From the NCBI GenBank assembly GCA_024720975.1, contig JANJXX010000003.1, forward strand, positions 1 through 64,000: a stretch of 64,000 nt of DNA, in the 5' to 3' direction. The notes under the pieces are model-generated. The model was not told the DNA's origin, searched no databases, and saw nothing but the letters and a program-made list of their open reading frames with translations. A program made the position numbers and the translations under genes. This DNA comes from Thermoproteota archaeon (GTDB taxonomy: Archaea; Asgardarchaeota; Njordarchaeia; Njordarchaeales; Panguiarchaeaceae). Positions 37,765 through 48,544 of this stretch are shown here, piece after piece (position 1 is the first letter of the stretch; the number at the start of each line of letters is the position of its first letter).

Positions 37765-39037
37765 GCTACCTAGAATTGAAGGACACCTAGATGTGGAAAT
37801 TGAGATTTTAGGAGAGGACATCAGAGTTAGAGCCATGGCAAGAGAGGGGATTAGGATTTATGATATGATTTTGAGGGGAAGAGAGTACTCAGAGGTTCCA
37901 GACATAGTCTCACGAATGTGCGGTGTTTGCAGCGTCATTCATAGAGTAACCTCTGTAATGGCCATTGAGTCAGCACTCGGTATAACTCCCTCAGATGACA
38001 TTCTGGCACTGAGAGAGCTCGCTACAATTGGTGGGCATGTTCAGAGTCATCTCATTCACCTGTTTTACTTCATCCTCCCGGACGTTCTAGGTATTGATAG
38101 TTTTATCCGTCTCATAGATAAGAACCCAGGCTTGATCAAGAAAGTTATGCGCATTAAGGGTCTTGCGAATAGCATTATTGAGGCTCTTAGTGGCAGAGCT
38201 GTTCATCCCATTACAACAGTTAATGCAGAGACGAGTTTTTTACCAAGTAGGGATAAAGTCTACAGAATTCTGGACGAGTTAAAAGCCACCAAGAATATTA
38301 CTCTTGATATTTCCAAAATTTTCTTAGAAGCTGAATTTCCGGATATTCCTAAAGAGGAGAATTTTGTTTCACTTGCTAGTAGAGACTCCATCAATCTTTT
38401 AACGGGCAAAATATCAACTACTAGTGGAGTAATGGAGCCCCAGGCATTTTTGGAAAGGATCAATGCTATAGTTGAAGAATACTCAACAGCTCCTCATTTC
38501 TTGTTCGATGGAAAAGCATACATGGTGGGCTCTCTTTCTCGACTAAATAACAATTATCCATTGCTTAACGGGAGTGCTAGAGACCTTGCAAAGGAGTTCA
38601 ACTTAACTTTCCCTTCAAATTCTATATTCATGAATAATAAGGCCCAGGCCCTTGAAATTGTATATTTCCTTGAGAGAGCAGAGGAAATACTCGGGAGACT
38701 CCTTGAGAAAGATGAGTTGAAGTTGCAATCTGAGAAAAAACATGGCAACAACTTTGGTCTAGCAGCTACTGAGGCTCCTAGAGGACTTCTGATACACACA
38801 TATCAGCTAGAGAATGGAAAGATAATCTCTGCAAATATAATTACACCCACAGCCCAAAATCTTAAAAACATTGAGAAGAATGCTAGCGAGTACGTTAGAG
38901 CACTTCTCAACAACAACTTTGACCTAGGCGAAATTAGGAAACAGATCGAATTTTTAGTCAGGAGCTATGATCCCTGCATCTCTTGCGCCGCTAGGTTCAG
39001 AAAATCCAACAATCTGGGAAAAAAATTATATAAATAA
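37742..39037 (+). CDS. hydA: Group 3b [NiFe] hydrogenase large subunit
   Basis: RIEGH, SRMCGVC, EAPRGLL, ITPTAQN, RSYDPCISC. Confidence 0.92.
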   Translation: MGVVRIVELPRIEGHLDVEIEILGEDIRVRAMAREGIRIYDMILRGREYSEVPDIVSRMCGVCSVIHRVTSVMAIESALGITPSDDILALRELATIGGHVQSHLIHLFYFILPDVLGIDSFIRLIDKNPGLIKKVMRIKGLANSIIEALSGRAVHPITTVNAETSFLPSRDKVYRILDELKATKNITLDISKIFLEAEFPDIPKEENFVSLASRDSINLLTGKISTTSGVMEPQAFLERINAIVEEYSTAPHFLFDGKAYMVGSLSRLNNNYPLLNGSARDLAKEFNLTFPSNSIFMNNKAQALEIVYFLERAEEILGRLLEKDELKLQSEKKHGNNFGLAATEAPRGLLIHTYQLENGKIISANIITPTAQNLKNIEKNASEYVRALLNNNFDLGEIRKQIEFLVRSYDPCISCAARFRKSNNLGKKLYK

Positions 39038-39114
39038 GCATTGTTTCAATAATTATTTTTATAGTAGCCATTTTGTTGTGATGCTTAAAGATCGGGCAAA
39101 CCCGATGAGGCCCC

Positions 39115-39828
39115 ATGTCAATTGATCAACAAGATAAGACTTTACTAAGCTTTAAATGCCCTGTTTGTGGGGAAGTAATAAAATTTACTGTTGAGGAAAA
39201 CAAGATCAAAAATGATCCCTCCGGAGTGTGTACTATACCTCTGCTTCATAATCCTCCTAACTACTCTCCCCATTTAATCGTTATAAGTATAGATCCACAT
39301 GGTTTTGTCCGTTCGGCTTACTTATACAAGCAACTTTATGTTATTGAAAAAACTGGAGAGGAGGAACTCACTAAATTGGAAAAGCGCATTGAGGAAGCTA
39401 AATTCGATGCGCACGAACTCGCTCTTAGTAAGGCATATGATGTTCTTAAAGAGACATACAAAATTATCCAAGCATTCCAAATGAAATATCGGGAGGACCT
39501 ATTCCTTGAGATCCTAGGTAACACTATAATCCACCATGTTATCAAAGGTGGAAAACTGAGATTAAATATTCCTCGCGATGCTACACTATCGGAGATAAGT
39601 AAGGAATGCGTTTTGAAGGTGCTGAAAATTTTCAGAATTGACGCCGACCTCTACTACGGACTGGGAGATACAGTCATCATTAAACACAGTGAATACCCAA
39701 TAGAGTTCATACGCGGCATTCTCAATGGGCTTCTAGTAAAAATAGGAGATTACATTGGGCAAAGTCTAATGTTGGTCACGGAGTCGCTAAACCCTATCCT
39801 ATTTCGAATAGAACCCTACTTGCCATAA
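39115..39828 (+). CDS. Hypothetical: N-terminal Zn-ribbon plus possible V4R/HNOB-like C-terminal domain
   Basis: CPVCG…H…H…IDPHGFVR; C-terminal EFIRGILNGLL followed by beta strands. Confidence 0.55.
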   Translation: MSIDQQDKTLLSFKCPVCGEVIKFTVEENKIKNDPSGVCTIPLLHNPPNYSPHLIVISIDPHGFVRSAYLYKQLYVIEKTGEEELTKLEKRIEEAKFDAHELALSKAYDVLKETYKIIQAFQMKYREDLFLEILGNTIIHHVIKGGKLRLNIPRDATLSEISKECVLKVLKIFRIDADLYYGLGDTVIIKHSEYPIEFIRGILNGLLVKIGDYIGQSLMLVTESLNPILFRIEPYLP

Positions 39829-40015
39829 CTGGACCATTATAAGAGTTTATCTGCCATTATCGAACGAATGCGGAGAACCTCTCCAAACCCTTGCCCTTTA
39901 GAGTGAAGGTCAAAGCAATTAACAATTGATAAAAAAGGCAGTTATATTGAGGACTCATTTCTCCTAATGAGATACGGAAGACATACCATATTGCTCGATC
40001 TCACTTACTCAAATG

Positions 40016-41242
40016 TTAAAAGGGGAATATGCCCAGGCGCTTTCGCTTCTTCTTGCTGATGAGACCAAGACTAGCCATCAGGTTAGCGTGAAAGTTACCA
40101 ACTCCACTGATGAATCCCTGCTCACCGAACGTAAATGGCATGATAAATGGCACTCCTATGATTTTGCCGACTTCTTTAATCGATTCACCAATTTTATCTT
40201 TTATCGGAAACATTGTTCCCGCGCAGTAAGTAGTTAAGCAGAAAGCTAAGTTCTTGGGATCCTCTTTTATCGCTGATAAGCAGGCCCTAGCTAGTCGAAT
40301 TGGTCTCTCAATGAGAACTTTTTCATCGCCCTTTAGTAACCATATACGAGATCCTTCAGGAACTTCTGCAAATACTTCTATGCCACCCTCTGGAGTCGCA
40401 CGGCTGGGGTGTACAGAGATCCAATGTTCCACGCCCTTCACGGTGAACTTCCTAGCGAGTGGATAAAATGATGCTGGTCCCAATATGCTCTCCCCGGTTC
40501 TAAGTTTTTCTTCAAATACACGTTCTGTCCAAGTGTTGTAAACATCCCTTGCTGGGTTTCCGTCAATTTCTAGAATTACCCTCCCCTTTGACTTTGTTAC
40601 CACTCCACTCCACTTAAGTGCCGAGTATCCACTCATGTAGACAAACCCCATTTTGAGTTTGGTGTAGATAGCTGTCAGGGAAACGCCGTTCTTATAAACA
40701 TCCTTGCCACAGATGACTTTCCACTTGCCCTCCACGGTATTGTCGGCAGCTGATCCGCCATAGATTGGACACTTGCCGACAACGCTTTCGATACCAGCAA
40801 TAATTTGCTCTTCAAATGGCGGTGTTGGAGTCAACCAAATTAAATCAGGTTTCTTACCATTCTTACCTGCCGATCGCATTGCATTTTTAATGGCTTCTTC
40901 TCCCGCAACCTTAGCATTATCCACTATTAGTGCTCCTCCCACACCGAAGGTTATGTCCGTTGATTTAACTGCTAACGCACCCATAGTTTTATAGTTTGGT
41001 CCAATAATAAAACCATCAGGCGTCCCCACTCCTAAGGACGTAGTTAATCCATGTATCTTCACTTTGCCTCCAAATGCATTATACAATTCGTTAGCGACTT
41101 CTTCAACTGGATATTCGACCGTTAGTGCAAAGAATATGTAGTCAGGCGTTCCTATATCTTTTTCGATTTTTGATACAATTTCTTGAACGGCATCCCTATA
41201 ATCCTCCTTTATGCTATAAGCATAGGTAGCCTTAGTAACCAT
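40016..41242 (-). CDS. Stand-alone FIST (FIST_N + FIST_C) sensory protein
   Basis: GLTTS, GGSAADN, VTKSKGRVILEIDGNPA, YCAG, FTFGEQG…HANL. Confidence 0.9.
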   Translation of the reverse strand: MVTKATYAYSIKEDYRDAVQEIVSKIEKDIGTPDYIFFALTVEYPVEEVANELYNAFGGKVKIHGLTTSLGVGTPDGFIIGPNYKTMGALAVKSTDITFGVGGALIVDNAKVAGEEAIKNAMRSAGKNGKKPDLIWLTPTPPFEEQIIAGIESVVGKCPIYGGSAADNTVEGKWKVICGKDVYKNGVSLTAIYTKLKMGFVYMSGYSALKWSGVVTKSKGRVILEIDGNPARDVYNTWTERVFEEKLRTGESILGPASFYPLARKFTVKGVEHWISVHPSRATPEGGIEVFAEVPEGSRIWLLKGDEKVLIERPIRLARACLSAIKEDPKNLAFCLTTYCAGTMFPIKDKIGESIKEVGKIIGVPFIMPFTFGEQGFISGVGNFHANLMASLGLISKKKRKRLGIFPF

Positions 41243-41647
41243 AGGGGCACACCCAATTGCTACTATGGTATTACTTTAAAATTAAATTTAAATATCAGGA
41301 CAAACCCATACAGAAGTTTGGCCATTTTGAGATCCAAGCTTTAATAGATCGCTAATCCCGCCATCTATAAACACTATCTAACTTGCAACTGGCTTGGAAA
41401 TCAGGCCACTTACTCACGCTTTTCAATCTTCCGAAAGTTCTTAGAAGAACTTGTAACATTCGCTTAGAGATATGTTCTATTGGCTGTTGAGACAACTCCG
41501 AGTTCTAAAAATTACATTTAAAAATAAGCTCATTATAAGTTTTTCACGTGATTAGAGTTTTGCGTACGAGAAACTTTGAATGCTGTGCACCTCCAAAGGC
41601 TTTATGTTACTGAAGTTATTAGTTCTTCATTGTTTGTCGGTGTGATT

Positions 41648-42892
41648 ATGGAGGGAAAAGATGTTGCTGAGAGAATAATATGGACAAATATTGTTGGGTT
41701 GACTCTTAGTTGGGTTATCTGGAATCCGTTTCAATTGGCTACTATGACTTATTGGCAGATCTTTCTTTTGGCACTAGGTGCAACACCTCCAATCATTGCT
41801 ATGATATCTGCAGTGTCTGAGATAACTTTATCGATTTCGCGAATTCCTGGTGGATACTTAGCTGATAAAATAGGTCGTAGGATTTTAATCGTTTCAATGA
41901 CGTACGTTATCTCACTGGTTTACTTAATCATGTATTTCGCAACTCGTTGGGAGCATATTCTAATAGCTAGTATAATAAATAACATAGCGCTCTTCTACCA
42001 ACCGGCACTTAATGCTATCATTGCAGATAGTTTGCCAAAGAGAAGGAGAGGTTTTGGATTCTCAATAACGAGCACTATTCCCGGTATAGCGAATATCTTT
42101 GCGCCCTATATTGCTCTTATTTACGTGACCAAATATGGTGTTGTAATTGGTACTCGACAATTATTACTCTTATCATGTCTAACCGGCCTAATCGCAGCTA
42201 CAGTGAGGTTAATTACGCTCAGAGAGACTATAAAAAGCGAGAACTTCGCTTTGAATAAAATCGGTAGTGATATTGTGATAGAGTATAGAGAGACCATCAA
42301 ATTAATATTCAGAGTGATGAAATTCCTACTTATAGGGCTTGCATTTGCTGGAATAGCTAGTGGACTTGCATATTTATCTCAGTTATACGCCCTCAACTAC
42401 TTAGCAATTAGCAAGGAAGGTTGGGCATATATACAAATTGCATCCATTACGCTCTTTTTGGTATTACCTTTACCATTCAGTATCCTTGTAGATAAAGTTG
42501 GTAGAAAGTTACCTATAGTCACCGCCGCACTCTTGGCCTCTGTATCATATTTCATGATGGCAATCGCTCCAGTAGGTGAAAGAGCCATCCGATATTTATT
42601 CGCCTCAGCTATACTTGGATCAATAGCTGGCGCCATGAACTCTGTCGCGCTATCTGCTGCTGAAGCTGATTTAATCTCGCAGGAGATTCGAGGAAAGGGA
42701 TATGCCATGATTGGCCTTATAAATACTTTTGTAGTTGCACTAGCTCAACTAACTAGTGGTTTGATATACATATCGCTAGGGCCGAGAGTTCCATTTCTTC
42801 TCGCTGCGATGTTTTCACTACTAGCATTTCTCGTATTCCTTAGAATCTCAGAAACTCTGAGAGGAAAACCACCAACAATTTCAACTCGTTAA
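41648..42892 (+). CDS. MFS transporter
   Basis: GGYLADKIGRR and LVDKVGRK motif A; 12 TM helices. Likely start is ATG 41648. Confidence 0.9.
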   Translation: MEGKDVAERIIWTNIVGLTLSWVIWNPFQLATMTYWQIFLLALGATPPIIAMISAVSEITLSISRIPGGYLADKIGRRILIVSMTYVISLVYLIMYFATRWEHILIASIINNIALFYQPALNAIIADSLPKRRRGFGFSITSTIPGIANIFAPYIALIYVTKYGVVIGTRQLLLLSCLTGLIAATVRLITLRETIKSENFALNKIGSDIVIEYRETIKLIFRVMKFLLIGLAFAGIASGLAYLSQLYALNYLAISKEGWAYIQIASITLFLVLPLPFSILVDKVGRKLPIVTAALLASVSYFMMAIAPVGERAIRYLFASAILGSIAGAMNSVALSAAEADLISQEIRGKGYAMIGLINTFVVALAQLTSGLIYISLGPRVPFLLAAMFSLLAFLVFLRISETLRGKPPTISTR

Positions 42893-42926
42893 ATTAATAG
42901 ATCTCAGGCTTTAATGGCTCCGTTTC

Positions 42927-43805
42927 TCATTTACCTCTAAGGAGTTCCTGGAGAGCCTCCCTAGCTGGTTTGTACACTTTTTTAAGAGGCCATTCCAACT
43001 CTAAGCCAGCAGCTTTAAGCCTACGGAGGGACATATCGTAGGGATCTACAACCTCTTCTTCGAGTAGGAGCAAGAGCCTGATATCAATATCAACGAGCCT
43101 CTTAAGCAGCGCAGTGCGCTCCTCTACAGTCATTATTCGTGGGTCTAGAGACATTGCCGCAACGTGCCATCTCTTTCCTAAGGTCTCTATTCCAGCTACA
43201 TCAACTATATTTCTTATGGCTTGGAATGGTATCTCGAAATTCTCCTTTCTGGCCCCGGTCTTTCTCTGAAAATCCTCCGGCGTCCCAGCCTTTAGGGATA
43301 GTCTTAGATAAACCTTGTCGAAGCTATTGAAAATCTTTTTCACATAATCCTTATCTATGCCAAATAAAATACCATTCGTCTCTAGTATGAATATTTTAAT
43401 ATTCTGGTCATCCTCTATATAATCAAGCAAACTAATCAAATGCGCCTTGCATAATGTAGGTTCACAACCTGATATCCTAGCCTTATGAATATTACTCTTC
43501 TTGGCAGAGCTAGCCATACACTCATATGCACGCTCGGGAGTATAAAATTCCCCATAAGTCTCAGGAAAGTCTCTCGAGGGACTAACCCAACAGAATACGC
43601 ATCTTAAGCAGCAACCAACTCCATATCCTGTAGCAATGCCACCATATACACCAGCAACATAGAATGCCGTGTACTTTCTGGCAGCATCTTTCTCTCTACA
43701 GACTATTTTCTCAGTAAGGCGTGCCAATTCTACAGCGTCGAATGGTTCCCAGTTCTTTGTAACAAAACGTGGATATTTAGAAATACCTTCTGACATTCTT
43801 TCCAC
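42927..43805 (-). CDS. Radical SAM protein of unknown function (archaeal family)
   Basis: YGGIATG…GCCLRCVFCW (CxxxCxxC), RISGCEP, LETNG. Confidence 0.85.
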   Translation of the reverse strand: MERMSEGISKYPRFVTKNWEPFDAVELARLTEKIVCREKDAARKYTAFYVAGVYGGIATGYGVGCCLRCVFCWVSPSRDFPETYGEFYTPERAYECMASSAKKSNIHKARISGCEPTLCKAHLISLLDYIEDDQNIKIFILETNGILFGIDKDYVKKIFNSFDKVYLRLSLKAGTPEDFQRKTGARKENFEIPFQAIRNIVDVAGIETLGKRWHVAAMSLDPRIMTVEERTALLKRLVDIDIRLLLLLEEEVVDPYDMSLRRLKAAGLELEWPLKKVYKPAREALQELLRGK

Positions 43806-43952
43806 TAATCAAAAATACTTAGAGACAATCTATACTTTTCCATCAAGATAAGGAAAAGCAATTTTTGTCTGTGAGAGAGCCCATTATAAGTGTTCATTAT
43901 CTAGAAATCTCAAAAGCGAGAAAAAAATAGAAGGTTAGCGAAATATGCATAT

Positions 43953-45848
43953 CTACGCTCTACGCCTTTTTATAAGTAGAGCTAATCCAACTATTGCTAC
44001 CACTGAAACTATTATGAGGCCAAAGATTAGTGGTTGTGAGATTATGTATTCTCCCATTTTCGCTGGCGTCACAACTTTCCAGGCTTGCTTATCAGAGAAA
44101 GATGGCGGGTCAGAGTCGAGTTGATCCCAGTAGACCACCCAACCAGGAGCCCTTACTTCTTCTGAGACCACCTTATTAATTATCAGCTTAAGAGAATAAT
44201 CCTGCAATGTTTCGTCGTCTAGTGAGCCATCTCCATCAGTATCGTATTTGAGCTTAACACTAAACTCGAAACCAGCCTCTACAAGGTACCCCGTGGACTT
44301 ATAAACAAGCCATATTCCTCCATAACCACTCAGGATAAATGGTCTTTCACCCGGATTAACATTCGTGTAATTTATTGAGAATGTAACATTTGCAAGGATG
44401 GTAAAGTGTCCCTGAATACTCTCAAGTACATCATAGTAACCATGCATATCGAACTCTGGCACGCGATATCCCTGAGATCTTGCTACAGCCAAGTAGTATT
44501 TGACAAATCTAGGTAAAACATCTGCTAGCGCATGTCCAACAAGCTGCAATTGACCATAGAGAATATCTTTATAAGGATACACTCTTATACCTCCCGGCAT
44601 TAGCATTGGACTGGCAAGATCGAACTGTTCTTTCTCTATCATGCTTCCGGATGATTCATTATAATAGTACACCTGTCCTTTGTATTCAGCAATGAGCCCC
44701 GTTGGATTAGCACAATATGTGAGGTTTACCCTTAGATTTTCAAAGGATTTAATAGATATAGGTACACCCGTTTTGTTTAGGATTTCCTCCAAATCTGGTG
44801 AGATTGAAATGTCAGTTACTTTGTATGCTATTACCTCACCAAAGTTCGTCCAGGGCTCTAGATCATGCGATTCAATATACTTTATTCTAATTTTTATTGA
44901 CCCGCTAACAGTCAGCCCAACAGATCCATACTGGTACGTATATATGGAGTATGGAACATTCTGAAAGTTCGCTGAGAGGTATAGATCCTTCAGAAGACCT
45001 GTTGTTAAATCATACTTAGCCTGAAAATCAATACTAAAAACTAGAAGCGAACCTTTAAGACTGAAAATAGCCTCGTTTCCGCTTTCGGTATACATGAAGC
45101 TTAAGCCATAATAACTTCCATTCCATTCAGAACCACATGCTCTTATAGCGTCGGGATCTCCAAGAATCATCCCTGGAGAGAATAAATCCATGCGCATTGG
45201 AACGGCATAAAGGGATCCTAGTAGTTCCGGCGCCTCAAATTGCTTTGGATGAATTTCTATGATGGGTGCAATAATATTCCTTAGCATATTTGATAATATG
45301 TCAACACTCCTGAGGTTCAGTCTAGGAATTAATATCTCACTGAGTGATCTTCCAAGCGACATAGCATATGGCGAGAAGCCATATTGCGCAAGCGGTGGCA
45401 ATGGGAACACAGATTTTTTCGGAATTGAAAATTCTAGGATTTTGGCTAGATCTTCATTCATCGGTATTTCTTCGCCAATTGCCCACTTAACTATACTTGC
45501 CAACGCTAGGAATAAATCTTTGGAAACAAGTATGTCCTTTTGTGTTTCTATAAATCCAGCTGCCCACACAATTTTATAGTAATCTGAATAGTTTTTGTTC
45601 CCTATGAATGCATAGTATTCTGAATCCTTAAATGCGCCTATGATAGCCTCTATACAGTTTGCTAGTTTATTTAAATCATTCTTAACTACAGAGTTGTCTG
45701 ATTCTATATCTATGGATAGCGAGATTTCTGGAACACTCCATTTGTGTACCTTATACGGCTCAACTCCTGGGATGGAAAAAGTTGGTGCTATTCTGACAAA
45801 GGCTGCCAGTAGTAGCACCATTATTAACACATAATATTTGCTCTTCAT
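43953..45848 (-). CDS. Secreted, C-terminally anchored protein with an apparent internal duplication
   Basis: Signal peptide; two units each starting YKV and containing Y..(T)TG.L; DTDGDGSLD; C-terminal TM helix then KRRRA. Confidence 0.7.
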   Translation of the reverse strand: MKSKYYVLIMVLLLAAFVRIAPTFSIPGVEPYKVHKWSVPEISLSIDIESDNSVVKNDLNKLANCIEAIIGAFKDSEYYAFIGNKNYSDYYKIVWAAGFIETQKDILVSKDLFLALASIVKWAIGEEIPMNEDLAKILEFSIPKKSVFPLPPLAQYGFSPYAMSLGRSLSEILIPRLNLRSVDILSNMLRNIIAPIIEIHPKQFEAPELLGSLYAVPMRMDLFSPGMILGDPDAIRACGSEWNGSYYGLSFMYTESGNEAIFSLKGSLLVFSIDFQAKYDLTTGLLKDLYLSANFQNVPYSIYTYQYGSVGLTVSGSIKIRIKYIESHDLEPWTNFGEVIAYKVTDISISPDLEEILNKTGVPISIKSFENLRVNLTYCANPTGLIAEYKGQVYYYNESSGSMIEKEQFDLASPMLMPGGIRVYPYKDILYGQLQLVGHALADVLPRFVKYYLAVARSQGYRVPEFDMHGYYDVLESIQGHFTILANVTFSINYTNVNPGERPFILSGYGGIWLVYKSTGYLVEAGFEFSVKLKYDTDGDGSLDDETLQDYSLKLIINKVVSEEVRAPGWVVYWDQLDSDPPSFSDKQAWKVVTPAKMGEYIISQPLIFGLIIVSVVAIVGLALLIKRRRA

Positions 45849-46045
45849 TCATAGCCACCATGGTTCTATCCATAAGAAATTAAAAAGTTATTTATAAAAG
45901 CTAACGAAAAAAGGATACATAAAAAACACTCCATATCAAACTTCTCATTCACCATTGAAAAGCTCCTAAAAATTACACATACTTGTTAAAAACATTTCTA
46001 TGAGAATACTCCTATCCGCATGTAATTTGCTAACCGCCATTTTTA

Positions 46046-47290
46046 TTAGTAATTGGACTTTTTATATAGTACTATGGATAGGGGAATTCCTATAGAATAT
46101 ATTGCAACACCTAACCCTAGAATTACTGACATTAGTGTTATGTTCTTTTCTGCTCCTATCACCCACGAAATAATACCACCTGCTATGTCTCCAAGTGCCA
46201 TGAATATGATGCTTGCCAAATTTCGCACTGCATGGGCTTCTGACTCTCTCGTCTCAATGCTATATATTGTTGTAAGCGATATTAGTTCTAGATTTATGAT
46301 TGTCCAAAGCGGAGCAAGCCAGAATATTATAGATAATGTAAAGTCCCAGCTAAATACTAATAGGGCCATTAGCAAGGTTCTTATAAGCAGGGTACAAATA
46401 AGTATTCTCTCTTCGCCAAGTTTTTTGCTAACTGCCCCAACTAAATATGGTGCTCCAATACTTAAAATCCCACTCACACCAGAAAGTACACCATATAGAG
46501 TCTTGGATCCTACGATCATGTAGAACTTTATTATAAATACTAGGAAGTATAATGAAGACCCAAAACTTAGAACACCAACAATTGCAAGCAGGTATACTAG
46601 CAGGTTATCTTTGCTCGGTAAAGATAAACTCCAAGCAGCCTTAAAGGCTTCCTTAAAGGATATAGAACTTTCTGCAAAAATCTCACTGTAAGAGCCTATT
46701 ACTAGTAGACCTAAAAGTACTGACAAAATTGATACCAACAAGACTGGCTTTAAGCCAATGGTATCGACAAGTATACCTGAAACAAAGCTACCCAGAGTCC
46801 ACCCGATAGCGTCTGAAGCAACAAATATGCCCGACGCTAGGCTTACCCTCTCTCTGCCGAGAGATGTTGTTATTGCCGCGGCTAATGCACCGCCACCAAC
46901 TGATATACTAAGTCCTACCATCGCGGAGAACATGGCGATTGAGATGACATTAATGAATTTTGTCTCAACACATAGATAAAATGTGATGTATGCTGCAAGC
47001 AGAATGATTAATTCTATCACTATGAATTTCTTCCTACCAGTCCTGTCGGCGTATATGCCCAGAGCTCTAGAGAATGTGAGCATAACAAGACTTTGTGATA
47101 TGTATGTTATTGCCATCTCTAGAAAACTAAATCCGAGATCCCACATATATAATGGGAGAATTGTCCAGAATACCGAAATCGAAAACCCCAAAACTACTGC
47201 TGTTATTGATAGGCTTAATAAACCCGACCTCAAAGCAAACACCAACAAATCTGGTACTTGAAGATCGAAGACAGCAACAGAGTTTACCAA
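46046..47290 (-). CDS. MFS transporter
   Basis: GIYADRTGRKK motif A; about 12 TM helices. Confidence 0.85.
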   Translation of the reverse strand: MVNSVAVFDLQVPDLLVFALRSGLLSLSITAVVLGFSISVFWTILPLYMWDLGFSFLEMAITYISQSLVMLTFSRALGIYADRTGRKKFIVIELIILLAAYITFYLCVETKFINVISIAMFSAMVGLSISVGGGALAAAITTSLGRERVSLASGIFVASDAIGWTLGSFVSGILVDTIGLKPVLLVSILSVLLGLLVIGSYSEIFAESSISFKEAFKAAWSLSLPSKDNLLVYLLAIVGVLSFGSSLYFLVFIIKFYMIVGSKTLYGVLSGVSGILSIGAPYLVGAVSKKLGEERILICTLLIRTLLMALLVFSWDFTLSIIFWLAPLWTIINLELISLTTIYSIETRESEAHAVRNLASIIFMALGDIAGGIISWVIGAEKNITLMSVILGLGVAIYSIGIPLSIVLYKKSNY

Positions 47291-47371
47291 GCTGCTGGAA
47301 ATACGTTAGGTGCTTAAATCAAAAATTGAGATTTTTTTATTTCTTAGGTGTGAATAGGCGGTGCTCTTATT

Positions 47372-48544
47372 TTGGATCAAGAGGTAGTTTTTCCACTTGT
47401 CGCCTTCGTTGGACAGGACTTATTCAAGTTAGCCCTACTGGCTATAGCAGTTAATCCATCAATTGGAGGACTCTTAGTTAGGGGAGAAAAGGGCACTGGA
47501 AAATCCGTCCTGGTGCGGGCCCTGGCCGATGTTCTTCTACCAATAGAAGTAGTAGCCGATTGTCCATTTAACTGCGATCCTCACAACCCACTTCTAATGT
47601 GTCCACAGTGTCGTGAGCGTTATAATCGGGGAGAGAAACTGCCAGTGAAGCAGATGAAAATGAAGGTTATCACCCTTCCAATAGGAGCGACTGAGGATAT
47701 GGTTCTCGGCACAATAGATATCGAGAAAGTTCTCAAGGAAGGAAAACCGGCATTAAAACCAGGTATATTAGCGCGAGCAAATAGAAATATTCTTTACATA
47801 GATGAGATAAATTTATTGCCTGATCACTTGGTAGACATAATACTGGATGCTGCTGCAATGGGTTTTAACTACGTTGAAAGAGAGAACATAAGCTTCTCGC
47901 ACCCAGCTAAATTCATTCTAGTAGGCACAATGAACCCAGAAGAGGGTGACATTCGACCGCAACTACTAGATAGACTCTCACTGTGCGTGGACGTGAAGGG
48001 TATAGATTCTCCAGAACTACGCGCGGAGATTATTAAGAGGAATATGGAATTTCAGCTAGACCCCATAGCGTTTAGAGAGCGATACAAGGAGCAGACGGAG
48101 AATTTAAGAAATAGAATCGCCTATGCTAAAAGCCTCATAAATAGCGTTGAAATTAGTGATGCGATGATACTCCTAATAGCAAAACTATGTAGCACTCTTG
48201 AGGTTGACGGACACCGTCCTGACATCGTCATTGCTCAGACAGCAAGAGCTCTTGCAGCATTAGATGGAAGAGATAGCGTTGAACCTTCTGACATTCAAAT
48301 AGCAGCTCAGCTGGCTCTTATACATAGAACGCGAAAGGGTGGTCTTCTAGAGCCACCAACACTGGAAGAGATTGAGGAAGCATTCAAGAAAGCATTAAAA
48401 GAAGTAAAATCAAAGCTCACTATTAAAATCGAGGAACGCTACAAGACAGCCAGAGAGTACATCGAAAACATTCTCTTGACTCCTATAGTGCCTAAAGACA
48501 AAGGTAAAGTTTCTTTGAAGGGTGAACAGCACTTTTTTCGATGA
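47372..48544 (+). CDS. ChlI/BchI-like chelatase AAA+ ATPase
   Basis: FPLVAFVGQ, GEKGTGKS (Walker A), PIGATED, YIDEINLL (Walker B), GTMNPEEG..RPQLLDR, VDGHR. Confidence 0.92.
   Translation: MDQEVVFPLVAFVGQDLFKLALLAIAVNPSIGGLLVRGEKGTGKSVLVRALADVLLPIEVVADCPFNCDPHNPLLMCPQCRERYNRGEKLPVKQMKMKVITLPIGATEDMVLGTIDIEKVLKEGKPALKPGILARANRNILYIDEINLLPDHLVDIILDAAAMGFNYVERENISFSHPAKFILVGTMNPEEGDIRPQLLDRLSLCVDVKGIDSPELRAEIIKRNMEFQLDPIAFRERYKEQTENLRNRIAYAKSLINSVEISDAMILLIAKLCSTLEVDGHRPDIVIAQTARALAALDGRDSVEPSDIQIAAQLALIHRTRKGGLLEPPTLEEIEEAFKKALKEVKSKLTIKIEERYKTAREYIENILLTPIVPKDKGKVSLKGEQHFFR

Noticed and set aside
45984-45992. GTTAAAAAC, a SurR-like GTTn3AAC site
   Set aside because: A single short match upstream of a non-redox gene; I saw none upstream of the hydrogenase operons.
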